Shown: piece after piece, positions 28,193-36,997 of the stretch | Position numbering within the stretch: the first letter of the stretch is position 1 | How the letters are laid out: each line of letters begins with the position of its first letter | Origin: Christensenellaceae bacterium | GTDB lineage: Bacteria; Bacillota; Clostridia; Christensenellales; CAG-138 | Assembly: GCA_963667195.1 (NCBI GenBank) | Contig: OY762962.1 | Coordinates: 2,138,591-2,202,590 of the forward strand | Direction: 5' to 3' | DNA length: 64,000 bases | Program-made: the position numbers and the translations under genes | The notes under the pieces: generated by a model | The model's database searches: none | What the model was told of the DNA's origin: nothing | Seen by the model: the letters and a program-made list of their open reading frames with translations, nothing else

Positions 28193-28675
28193 TTAAACCT
28201 CGATAATCTGATAGTCAATAATAATTCCTCTGCTGCTGGAGGAGGAAACCCCAATAAACAATTTTCCAGTGCTACCAAGAATGAACATGAAATAGTGTGT
28301 GAAGACGCAGCTTTTTTCTTTTGCGATGGTGTTCAATAGTATTTGATCCGTCATTGAAGGCATTGGGTTGGCGAATGGATGAGTGTGCCATTCCCCAAGA
28401 TAATTCACAATGCCTTTTGAATTTCTCCATCTTTGATTAATTACTTGTTGAGCAGCTTTCTTGCTCCTTAGAAATCCGAATCGCGTTCTTTTATCAAACT
28501 GATTTGGACGTGTTAGTTCAGAAATGGTATAGTCTTCGGAACCAACTAACTTTTTACCCAACAGTATTCCGCCTGCCTCAAAATCAAAGGCACCTTGGGA
28601 ATAACACTTAATTACTTCAATTATCGAAGGTTGGATATGAACCGCAATGTTATATTTGAAATGAATGTCAATCAT
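28193..28675 (-). CDS. cap3: CBASS Cap3, JAB/JAMM-family metallo-isopeptidase
   Basis: It has EAGGILLG (upstream Glu) and an exact JAMM motif HTHPFANPMPSMTD (HxHx7SxxD). It overlaps cap2 by 8 nt (ATGATTGA). Confidence 0.9.
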   Translation of the reverse strand: MIDIHFKYNIAVHIQPSIIEVIKCYSQGAFDFEAGGILLGKKLVGSEDYTISELTRPNQFDKRTRFGFLRSKKAAQQVINQRWRNSKGIVNYLGEWHTHPFANPMPSMTDQILLNTIAKEKSCVFTHYFMFILGSTGKLFIGVSSSSSRGIIIDYQIIEV

Positions 28676-30326
28676 CGCTAATTATCTCACAATACAGCTT
28701 ACTCCATTGCAGGTCTTTATATTGATCATTTATTTCAAGATTAAATTTTTCAGCAATCCCATAATTTCCCAACCAGAAGAATCGATAATTCGAATTAGTC
28801 ATGAATAAATTATTTGTGAAAAGATAATCAAGAAAAGCAACTACAAACATTTCTACATGCAGAGAAGAATACTGAATATATGTAGCTTGACATCCAGAGT
28901 CTCTCTTTTGATAATTGCCTGCATGCTGGACTACCGTATGCTTATAATTGAAGTGACCATCATATAACTCGGAGAATATATCTTGTGGTTTTTGCAGAAC
29001 AAGAACATGTGCTGCGATCGCGTAAGGTTCAAGCCACATGATGATCACAGGCTTAGTTATCGTGCGCTCACAAAGACAAGTTATTATATGTGCGTCAATA
29101 GAGATGTCAGCAGTGGTTATAAAAATCGCATCGCAGTTATTAAGTAAATCCACAGATGATCGTAATACTGTGTGTATGTTTGTATTGGTGCAATCACAAG
29201 AAATATTCGGGTTTTTTAAACTGAGATAAAAATCTGTCGCTAGTGTTTTCAAACGATCTACGTGGAAGTACCCGCATAAATGTCTTGCTATATTATCTAC
29301 AGACAAAGAATCATAATCAAAAAGTGAAAACTGATTCATTCCACAATCTGCTAGTAAATTAGCTAAATGACTACCTAAAGAACCACATCCGACGATTGCT
29401 ACTTTACTTAATGGGAATAGTTTGCCGATTCCTCCGCGCGTGAATAGACGATTTTGCGAGCAATCGCGAACCTTTACTCGTTCGACTAATTTATCACCCT
29501 CCGAACCCATGAGAACTAGCGAAACTGGAGTGTTTCCGCTTTCAAATGAAGGGTGATCACCCAAAGCAGAATGTGTAAACCCGCAAGGGATCCATTTGTG
29601 CTCCACTTCGAGAGTGAAGATTACCAGAAAAGATTGCTTTGAATTTTTCCGTAAGAAAAAACAATACTGATCATATGCAGATGAGTGGGTTTTTATAATT
29701 TCTAGCCAATTTCTTTGCGTCAATGCAGATATGGTGTCATTAAACGAAACAATTGGAACAAGAATTGCGGTAAAAATGTCTTTATGATCCTCGTCATATT
29801 TTAGGGCATTTTTTGCAATCTTAATTACTTTATCAGATGAATTTGCTGCTATAATTGATTTCTCGTTTGTAATGCAAAAAAGAACTTGAAAAAAAGACAA
29901 ATCATCAACAAACAAATCGACTTCAATTTTGTCTTCAATATTTCCTTCCCAATACGCTTTAAATTCGTCATTAAAAGCTTCCTTGTCTTTTTCTTGGTTT
30001 GTATCACAAATCATAGAAATTGCTTTCTCAATTGTGTCGATAATAATCATTTCTGGCCTATAAAAATTAGGAAATACTATATCAGAACCGTAAGTGCAAA
30101 GAAAGCCGCCAATAAAAACATGTGGGCGGCCCGACAAAATTCTTTTCGCAGCGTCTCCTAATTGTATTTTTGGCAAAACATATGGGAAATCATCATCAAT
30201 GGAGCAAACAAAAGCATACTCCTGTTCGCCAGCAAATGCCGATATTTCAAAACAGGAGTTTTGAAAAGTAATCTTTATTCCTTTTCCGGTAAAATATTCA
30301 ATTACTGATTCAACCAGATCTTCCAT
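28668..30326 (-). CDS. cap2: CBASS Cap2, E2-like/E1-like (ThiF) fusion protein
   Basis: The N-terminal ~150 aa is E2-like, with HVFIGGFLC. The C-terminal part is a ThiF/E1 Rossmann domain, VAIVGCGSLGSHLANLLADCGMNQFSLFDYDSLSVDNIARH. It is 552 aa and overlaps the cdn stop by 17 nt. Confidence 0.9.
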   Translation of the reverse strand: MEDLVESVIEYFTGKGIKITFQNSCFEISAFAGEQEYAFVCSIDDDFPYVLPKIQLGDAAKRILSGRPHVFIGGFLCTYGSDIVFPNFYRPEMIIIDTIEKAISMICDTNQEKDKEAFNDEFKAYWEGNIEDKIEVDLFVDDLSFFQVLFCITNEKSIIAANSSDKVIKIAKNALKYDEDHKDIFTAILVPIVSFNDTISALTQRNWLEIIKTHSSAYDQYCFFLRKNSKQSFLVIFTLEVEHKWIPCGFTHSALGDHPSFESGNTPVSLVLMGSEGDKLVERVKVRDCSQNRLFTRGGIGKLFPLSKVAIVGCGSLGSHLANLLADCGMNQFSLFDYDSLSVDNIARHLCGYFHVDRLKTLATDFYLSLKNPNISCDCTNTNIHTVLRSSVDLLNNCDAIFITTADISIDAHIITCLCERTITKPVIIMWLEPYAIAAHVLVLQKPQDIFSELYDGHFNYKHTVVQHAGNYQKRDSGCQATYIQYSSLHVEMFVVAFLDYLFTNNLFMTNSNYRFFWLGNYGIAEKFNLEINDQYKDLQWSKLYCEIISDD

Positions 30327-31272
30327 CGCTTCCTAATACACCGGGTGCAGAGGTTCTTTGATAAACACTTGCACTATTCGTCTCTTCGGTTTTACTGCTT
30401 TTAGTAATTGGAAATCTACTCCCAAAACATGAGTTCAATTTCTCTGTTGCAACAGCTATATCGCTCGCATCGATAGCAGAGCTTAAGGCGTCACGTAGAG
30501 AAGCAAGTTTACTTATTATAGATTCTTTTTTTGTTTTACTATGGCCTTCAAATAAATCTTCATATGGAAAAACTGGTTTATAGCATGAGTAGTTTAACTG
30601 AAGTTTGTCAAGCATCAAGGACAAAGTGTCCCGCATAGCTTTATCATCTCGATTAGAATACGGTGAAAAGTTTTGTGCTACGAGGATTGTTATTTCTACG
30701 CCTTTTAAGTCGACGTCTTTGAAATCTTTCCACGCTTTTAGATATCGAACAACGCGGCGTAGTTGCTCTCCCTTTATTGCAAGAAGATTTATGAACCAAT
30801 CTTTAAAAGCTTTCGGATCACTCTGAAGCCAACCCTTGGATTTGTGGGCTAAATATGCAATATTATTGCTAACAATATATATTGGAAGATCAACATGATA
30901 ACCGGCCGAATAGTAAACTCGAATACATGTGCTTTTATCCTTTGAGTCTTCTTTTGTTTGATCATCCACCGCATTGAGCACCCATCTATGGACGGTATCT
31001 ACGGAATCCCATTCATCAGTAGCAGTATTTTCATAGCCCTGCAAGTAAATACCATCATCAATATCATAATCATCATCTAGGGGATTAACAATTGTTTTCA
31101 TTGCGAAAGAGCCTTGCCAGCAGAACTTTGGACAATACATGTCATTTTCGTTAAAATAGTCGCGTATTATTTTGCGAAGGGCATCGCGACTTGTTTGTAA
31201 AGAATTGGTTTTTGCGGACGTCAAAGTAATTGAAGAATTATAACTTTGAAAAGCATCATGGGAATTTGCCAT
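30310..31272 (-). CDS. cdn: cGAS/DncV-like nucleotidyltransferase (CD-NTase, SMODS family)
   Basis: It has the pol-beta NTase signature QGSFAMKT...DYDIDDG (GS...DxD) and a third acidic residue in GYHVDLPIY. Downstream blocks are WLQSDPKAFKDWF and RYLKAWK. The C-terminal tail ends ...GSDGRSG. A GGAGGG RBS lies 9 nt upstream. Confidence 0.9.
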   Translation of the reverse strand: MANSHDAFQSYNSSITLTSAKTNSLQTSRDALRKIIRDYFNENDMYCPKFCWQGSFAMKTIVNPLDDDYDIDDGIYLQGYENTATDEWDSVDTVHRWVLNAVDDQTKEDSKDKSTCIRVYYSAGYHVDLPIYIVSNNIAYLAHKSKGWLQSDPKAFKDWFINLLAIKGEQLRRVVRYLKAWKDFKDVDLKGVEITILVAQNFSPYSNRDDKAMRDTLSLMLDKLQLNYSCYKPVFPYEDLFEGHSKTKKESIISKLASLRDALSSAIDASDIAVATEKLNSCFGSRFPITKSSKTEETNSASVYQRTSAPGVLGSDGRSG

Positions 31273-31311
31273 TCGTCAGATCCCTCCAAGTATTTCTTAC
31301 CATTATAGCAT

Positions 31312-31320
31312 GTACGTCTT
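31312..31320 (-). promoter_or_regulatory. Candidate extended -10 promoter element (TGcTATAAT) for the CBASS operon
   Basis: The minus strand reads ...ACATGCTATAATGG.... The element is ~40 nt upstream of the cdn ATG. The -35 is poor, so this is only a candidate. Confidence 0.35.
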
Positions 31321-31375
31321 ATTTTTCATATACAACAAATGATTTCATTAGTAGTTTGCGATATAGATATTTATA

Positions 31376-31548
31376 TGATCGGCCCCCCGATTCTTAGGCA
31401 AGGAGCATTATTAGTCGGCTAGGTGCTGAGGTAGCAACAAGGATAATGGTTTGAGGGCGGGCGGCTACCCATCAAGGCCCGAATGTGGCTTGATCTGATT
31501 GTAGTAGCGAGCCCATCGCTGCGCTAATACTTGCGCTTCAAACACAAG
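31376..31548 (-). mobile_element. Truncated copy of a related IS3-family element (terminal IR plus the last ~35 codons of orfB)
   Basis: It starts TGATCGGCCCCCCGATTCT..., compared with TGATCTGCCCCCGTTTTCT... at 25919. It then aligns by eye with 25976-26080 (GGTTTGAGGG.GGGCGGC...CTGATTGTAGTA.CGA.CCCATCGCTGCG). Similarity stops near 31548. Confidence 0.7.
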
Positions 31549-31795
31549 ACGGTTATTACTCTCAAATATTCAAAAATCGAAAGATTTGCTACTAATTACA
31601 AATGATAGTTTTGTGGATTCGAAGATAACTCTGGCAATTTAAAAGCTACCTGCAATAAAGTTTGATCTATAATGATAGAACTTTTGACGATCTCGAATGA
31701 TCATTTACTATCGATCATCCCAACAAACATCAAATAAACATCAGGTAGTAGGTTTTGACCCCATTCTGTGCCTAAGAATGATTCTCAAGATATGC

Positions 31796-31822
31796 AAAAA
31801 CCGCCCGAATTGGGCGGTTTTT
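31796..31822 (-). terminator. Rho-independent terminator downstream of tRNA-fMet
   Basis: The sequence is AAAAACCGCCC-GAATT-GGGCGGTTTTT: a GC-rich stem followed by a T run on the minus strand. Confidence 0.7.
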
Positions 31823-31825
31823 AAT

Positions 31826-31901
<76 letters not shown>

Positions 31902-32299
31902 ACATTCGTCTTTCGACGTGCAAAAAGTAATATATCACACGTGATACGGAAAGTCAACCCCGCAAATGCATATTTCGACTTATACTGCATTCGACGTGTC
32001 ATGATCACAACCCATGTGAAGAACGCTGGGGACAAATTTGTATCTTAACCGCATCACCATATTTAAGTATTGCGAAAAGAAACGATCTGCGCAATAATAT
32101 AAGAAGCGTTTCTCTGTATTCCTGCGCACGGGGCATACTCCACTTCTTATTTCCCGTGACGCTAAATAAAGGAGGGATACCCATCCGCAAGGCTTGCGGT
32201 GCGGCAGTGTGGAGACCTGCTGTAATGCGACCGTCACATCATCGGGCGGTTGCGAGTTGGGCGATGAGCGAACGCTGCGCCTGATGAAGCCGAAACACT

Positions 32300-33418
<1,119 letters not shown>

Positions 33419-33437
33419 TTCAAACAATCGAGTCTCG

Positions 33438-33468
33438 AGCGCTCCCGTTCATGCGGGGGCGCTTTTTT
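33438..33468 (+). terminator. Rho-independent terminator
   Basis: AGCGCTCCCG-TTCAT-GCGGGGGCGCT is followed by TTTTTT. Confidence 0.6.
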
Positions 33469-33583
33469 GCTTGAAAATCACAATTGTTCCCATCGGCGCT
33501 CTGTTCAAAGGCGTAATCTTTTGCTAGAATAATGAAAGAGTGAACCACCGCGAATCGGCGCGTTCCGGAAAGGTAATGTAGCG

Positions 33584-34171
33584 ATGCAGATGGACGCAAG
33601 AGGCAAGGCCTGCCCGCAGCCTGTGATCCTCGCAAAAAAGGAGATCGACGGCGGTTGCCGCGACCTGACCGTGCTGGTCGATAACAAGACCGCGGTGGAA
33701 AACCTCACCCGGCTCGGCAACTCCGCCGGGATGACGGTCACGACCGGAGAAACAGCGCAAGGGTTTTTCGTCCGGCTGACGGGCGAAGGCAAGATTGTGG
33801 AGGAGCCGGTGATCGCCTGCCCGACCACGGGGAACGGGTACGCGGTGTTTATCGGCAAGGACGTCGTCGGCGCGGGAGACCGCGAGCTGGGCTATAACCT
33901 CATGAAGATGGCGCTCTATACCCTCGCGCAGGGCGACAGCGTGCCCGCGCATGTGCTCTTCATGAACGACGGCGTGAAGCTGCCCGCGGGAGAAGAGCAG
34001 CAGGTGATCGACAGCCTGATGACCCTCATCGAGAAGGGCAGCATCGTTCTGGTCTGCGGCACGTGCCTGAACTATTACGGGATTGCGGATCGGCTGAAGG
34101 TCGGCACCGTGAGCAATATGTACGACATCATGAGCGCCATGCAGCGCGCGGACAAGGTGATCACGCTCTGA
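33584..34171 (+). CDS. yedF: YedF-type selenium-metabolism / sulfurtransferase-like protein (TusA-like N-domain plus DsrE-like domain)
   Basis: It has the N-terminal DARGKACPQPV (TusA/SirA CPxP motif) and the C-terminal VCGTCLNYYG block. It is followed by a DUF3343 gene, as is usual for this family. Confidence 0.8.
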   Translation: MQMDARGKACPQPVILAKKEIDGGCRDLTVLVDNKTAVENLTRLGNSAGMTVTTGETAQGFFVRLTGEGKIVEEPVIACPTTGNGYAVFIGKDVVGAGDRELGYNLMKMALYTLAQGDSVPAHVLFMNDGVKLPAGEEQQVIDSLMTLIEKGSIVLVCGTCLNYYGIADRLKVGTVSNMYDIMSAMQRADKVITL

Positions 34172-34172
34172 T

Positions 34173-34439
34173 ATGGAACGCTACTGGCTGTTCGCGTTCG
34201 ATTCTCCGCATGCGGCAATCTCCGCGCAGCGGCTGCTCGCGTCCTACGGCGCGGTGGTGATGCCGACGCTGAGGAGCATCACCGCAAGCTGCGGCATGTC
34301 CCTGCGCCTCAAGGATGAGGCGATAGGCGAGGCCAAGCGGATCATGAAGGCATCTTCGATCGATCCCGCGCTCTACCGCCTGTATCGCGTGGAGCAGGAG
34401 GGGAAAGAGACACGGTGCACGCAGACTGAAATGGAATAG
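34173..34439 (+). CDS. DUF3343-like small protein
   Basis: It is 88 aa, begins FAFDSPHAAISAQRLL and is adjacent to yedF. Confidence 0.6.
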   Translation: MERYWLFAFDSPHAAISAQRLLASYGAVVMPTLRSITASCGMSLRLKDEAIGEAKRIMKASSIDPALYRLYRVEQEGKETRCTQTEME

Positions 34440-34488
34440 AAGCAACAAGGAACTGCTTAGAAATGAGCAGCTCCTTTTACGTAAGAGA

Positions 34489-34515
34489 TGCGGGCGGATG
34501 ATATCCGCCCCTACA
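34489..34515. repeat. Palindromic GC-rich repeat unit (copy 1)
   Basis: TGCGGGCGGATGATATCCGCCCCTACA contains the internal hairpin GGGCGGAT/ATCCGCCC. Confidence 0.8.
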
Positions 34516-34587
34516 CATGCACCAGAAAATCTAAGTTAAGATCGCATCAAAGGGCTTCAAATTGCAGGCTACCCCGCTAGAGTGGAT

Positions 34588-34613
34588 GTAGGGGCGGATA
34601 TCATCCGCCCGCG
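34588..34613. repeat. Palindromic GC-rich repeat unit (copy 2, inverted)
   Basis: TGTAGGGGCGGATATCATCCGCCCGC is the exact reverse complement of 26 nt of copy 1 (34490-34515). The two copies are ~72 nt apart. Confidence 0.8.
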
Positions 34614-34805
34614 TTGATACGCCCAAATTTAAAGACTGTTTGTCCGGAAATTACCCTTTTGAACAGGCTATTTCTCATGCTAAAGCACCACTCTTTCATC
34701 AACCGTAGTTACCTCCGAAAAAAGTAGTAAATATTTTCAGGAGATACCTTGACAGGCGAGGTATCATGCGATAAGATATACCTGCAAACGGAAAGGAGGT
34801 GCGCC

Positions 34806-35153
34806 ATGTCCGTTGCATCGGAACTCATCCGTGGGAATACGGAAACGATCATCCTGGCGCAGTTGATGAAAGGTGATGGCTATGGTTACATGGTCAACAA
34901 AGCGATTTTAAACTTGACGGGGGGGAAGTTCGAGCTTAAGGAAGCAACGCTGTATACAGCGTTCCGCAGGCTCGAGGACGCGGGCTGTATCGTCTCGTAC
35001 TGGGGGGACGAGACGACAGGCGCGCGGCGCAGATACTACTCCATCACCGATCTGGGGAGAGCATCGTATCGACTGCGTAAAAAGGAATGGGAGACTGCGG
35101 AAGCAGTGATTGACAAGCTATTGGCTGAAGGAGAAGAAGGGGTATCCAAATGA
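34806..35153 (+). CDS. PadR-family transcriptional regulator
   Basis: The winged-helix pattern is ETIILAQLMKGDGYGYMV...LYTAFRRLEDAGCIVSYWGDE...RRYYSITDLGR. Confidence 0.9.
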   Translation: MSVASELIRGNTETIILAQLMKGDGYGYMVNKAILNLTGGKFELKEATLYTAFRRLEDAGCIVSYWGDETTGARRRYYSITDLGRASYRLRKKEWETAEAVIDKLLAEGEEGVSK

Positions 35154-35779
35154 ACGAGAAACTAAGACGCTATATTGACGACCTTTTTGCGAACGCGCCC
35201 TCTACGGTGCGCGCGGTGGAACTCAAAGAGGAACTTTACCAGAATCTGACCGATAAATACAACGACCTCATCGCCGAAGGCAAGAGCGAAGAGTCCGCGT
35301 TCAACATCGCAATTGCGAGCATCGGCGACGTGGACAGCCTGATCACCGGACTTTCCGGCGAGAAGCATGTGGTCAACGACAAGGCGAAGAAACGCTCCGC
35401 TCTGCTCGTTGCAATCGCGATTTCGCTCTATATCCTCTGCCCGGTTCCTGTCATTCTTCTGCAGGACGAGATGGGCGTGATGGTGCTGTTCCTCTTCATT
35501 GCGGTCGCAACCGCGATGCTGATCTACAACGGCGTCACCCGCGAGCGCTACGTGAAGTCGGACGACACCATGGTGGAAGACTTCAAAGAGTGGAAGCAGA
35601 ACAACAAGCAGAAGAACAAAGCTGCGGAAGCGATCATCGGCTCGTTCTGGCTCATCGCGGTCTGCGTTTACATCGTGGTCAGCTTCATGACGGGAGCCTG
35701 GCACATCACATGGATCATCTTCTTAATTGCGGCGGCAGTTGCCTCCATGATCAGGGGATTGTTCATGCTCAAGCAATAA
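35150..35779 (+). CDS. Membrane protein with an N-terminal 'permease prefix'/DUF1700-like domain
   Basis: LRRYIDDLFANAP...ELKEELYQNLTDKYNDLIAEGKSEESAFNIAIASIGDVDSLI is followed by TM helices. It overlaps the padR stop by 4 nt. Confidence 0.7.
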   Translation: MNEKLRRYIDDLFANAPSTVRAVELKEELYQNLTDKYNDLIAEGKSEESAFNIAIASIGDVDSLITGLSGEKHVVNDKAKKRSALLVAIAISLYILCPVPVILLQDEMGVMVLFLFIAVATAMLIYNGVTRERYVKSDDTMVEDFKEWKQNNKQKNKAAEAIIGSFWLIAVCVYIVVSFMTGAWHITWIIFLIAAAVASMIRGLFMLKQ

Positions 35780-35798
35780 ATGGGGGAATCAAAACAGT

Positions 35799-36782
35799 AT
35801 GAAAGCAGCAGGTATTATTCGAATCATTGTCGGCCTCGTGATCGCGGTGCTGCTCACCGCAATCCTGGTCGTGTTACTCACCGGCAATAACATCTTTTCC
35901 CGCCTCGGCTGGAACAATGGCTGGATCGATCGCTTTACGGATCGCACGTCCTACTCGTCCGGCGGTGTCAATGCCGACACCGGTGAAATCGTGGTTTCGG
36001 ACAAAGCGAGCGTGGATGCAACCAACATCAAGCGGATCAAGATCGACTGGGTTGCGGGCAGCGTGAATCTGCGGGTCGGCACCGGCAGCGAGATCGTCTT
36101 CTCCGAGTCGTCCTATCGCAACCTGACCGACCGCCAGAAGATGCGCTACACGATCTCCGACAGCGGTGTGCTCGATATCCACTTCTGCGAAGACCTCGAG
36201 AACATCTTCAACTGGTTCAGCGTGGATGCCAACATGCCGGCAAAGACGCTGACGATGGAAGTGCCGGCCTCTCTGATGGCACAGCTCGATAAGCTCGAAA
36301 TCGAGAGCGTCTCCGCCAACATCGATCTCTCCGGCGTCTATGGGACAAAGGTCGATCTCTCCACCGTCTCCGGCGAAATCCGCTGCGCGGATATCGCGAC
36401 GCAGGATGTGGAGCTCTCCACCACGAGCGGCGGCATCGTCTGCGAGAACACCACCGCGGATGCGCTTGAGGTCGATAACGTCAGCGGCAGCATTCGCGTC
36501 GAAGGCGAGTACAAGCAAGTGAAAGCGGACACCGTCTCCGGCGAAATCCAGCTTGCGTTTGCGAGCGCGCCGGACGGCATCAAGGCAAACTCCGTCAGCG
36601 GCAACATCAAGCTCGCCCTGCCGGAAGGAGCAAGCTTCTCCGCGAAGCTCGACACCGTCAGCGGCTCGCTGAGCTGCGCGTTCCCGGGCACACTCGGCAG
36701 TGATCTGGTCGTCGTTGGTGACGGAAAAGCGGAATACCGCTTCAGCACCGTCAGCGGCAACCTTGCCATCGAGAAAAACTAA
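35799..36782 (+). CDS. DUF4097-family beta-strand repeat protein (putative adhesin fold) with an N-terminal TM helix
   Basis: It contains repeated VSG(E/S/N)I / TSGGI strands, as is typical downstream of PadR/DUF1700 genes. Confidence 0.7.
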   Translation: MKAAGIIRIIVGLVIAVLLTAILVVLLTGNNIFSRLGWNNGWIDRFTDRTSYSSGGVNADTGEIVVSDKASVDATNIKRIKIDWVAGSVNLRVGTGSEIVFSESSYRNLTDRQKMRYTISDSGVLDIHFCEDLENIFNWFSVDANMPAKTLTMEVPASLMAQLDKLEIESVSANIDLSGVYGTKVDLSTVSGEIRCADIATQDVELSTTSGGIVCENTTADALEVDNVSGSIRVEGEYKQVKADTVSGEIQLAFASAPDGIKANSVSGNIKLALPEGASFSAKLDTVSGSLSCAFPGTLGSDLVVVGDGKAEYRFSTVSGNLAIEKN

Positions 36783-36997
36783 CATAGAGTTGATCAAGCG
36801 TTTGCGCGCCGGCGGGAGACTGCCGGCGCAATTCTTTCCATCGACAAAGTCCTTCGGACCTTGCCGATGGTTTTTTTACTTGTTGGCTTTTGCGCGAATA
36901 TGCGTTTACCGCAAACGCCGCCGCATGGTATAATCATCGCGTCAAATCAAGCTGTTTTGCGGCGAATCCGCCGAAGAATATGAGGAGGAGAACCCAT

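Noticed and set aside
29886-30161. A 91 aa plus-strand ORF inside the CBASS region (with similar ones at 29038-29229, 30605-30826 and 27541-27876)
   Set aside because: These are antisense to cap2, cdn and the effector. AT-rich DNA gives Lys/Asn/Ile/Phe-rich shadow ORFs, and none has an RBS or a motif.
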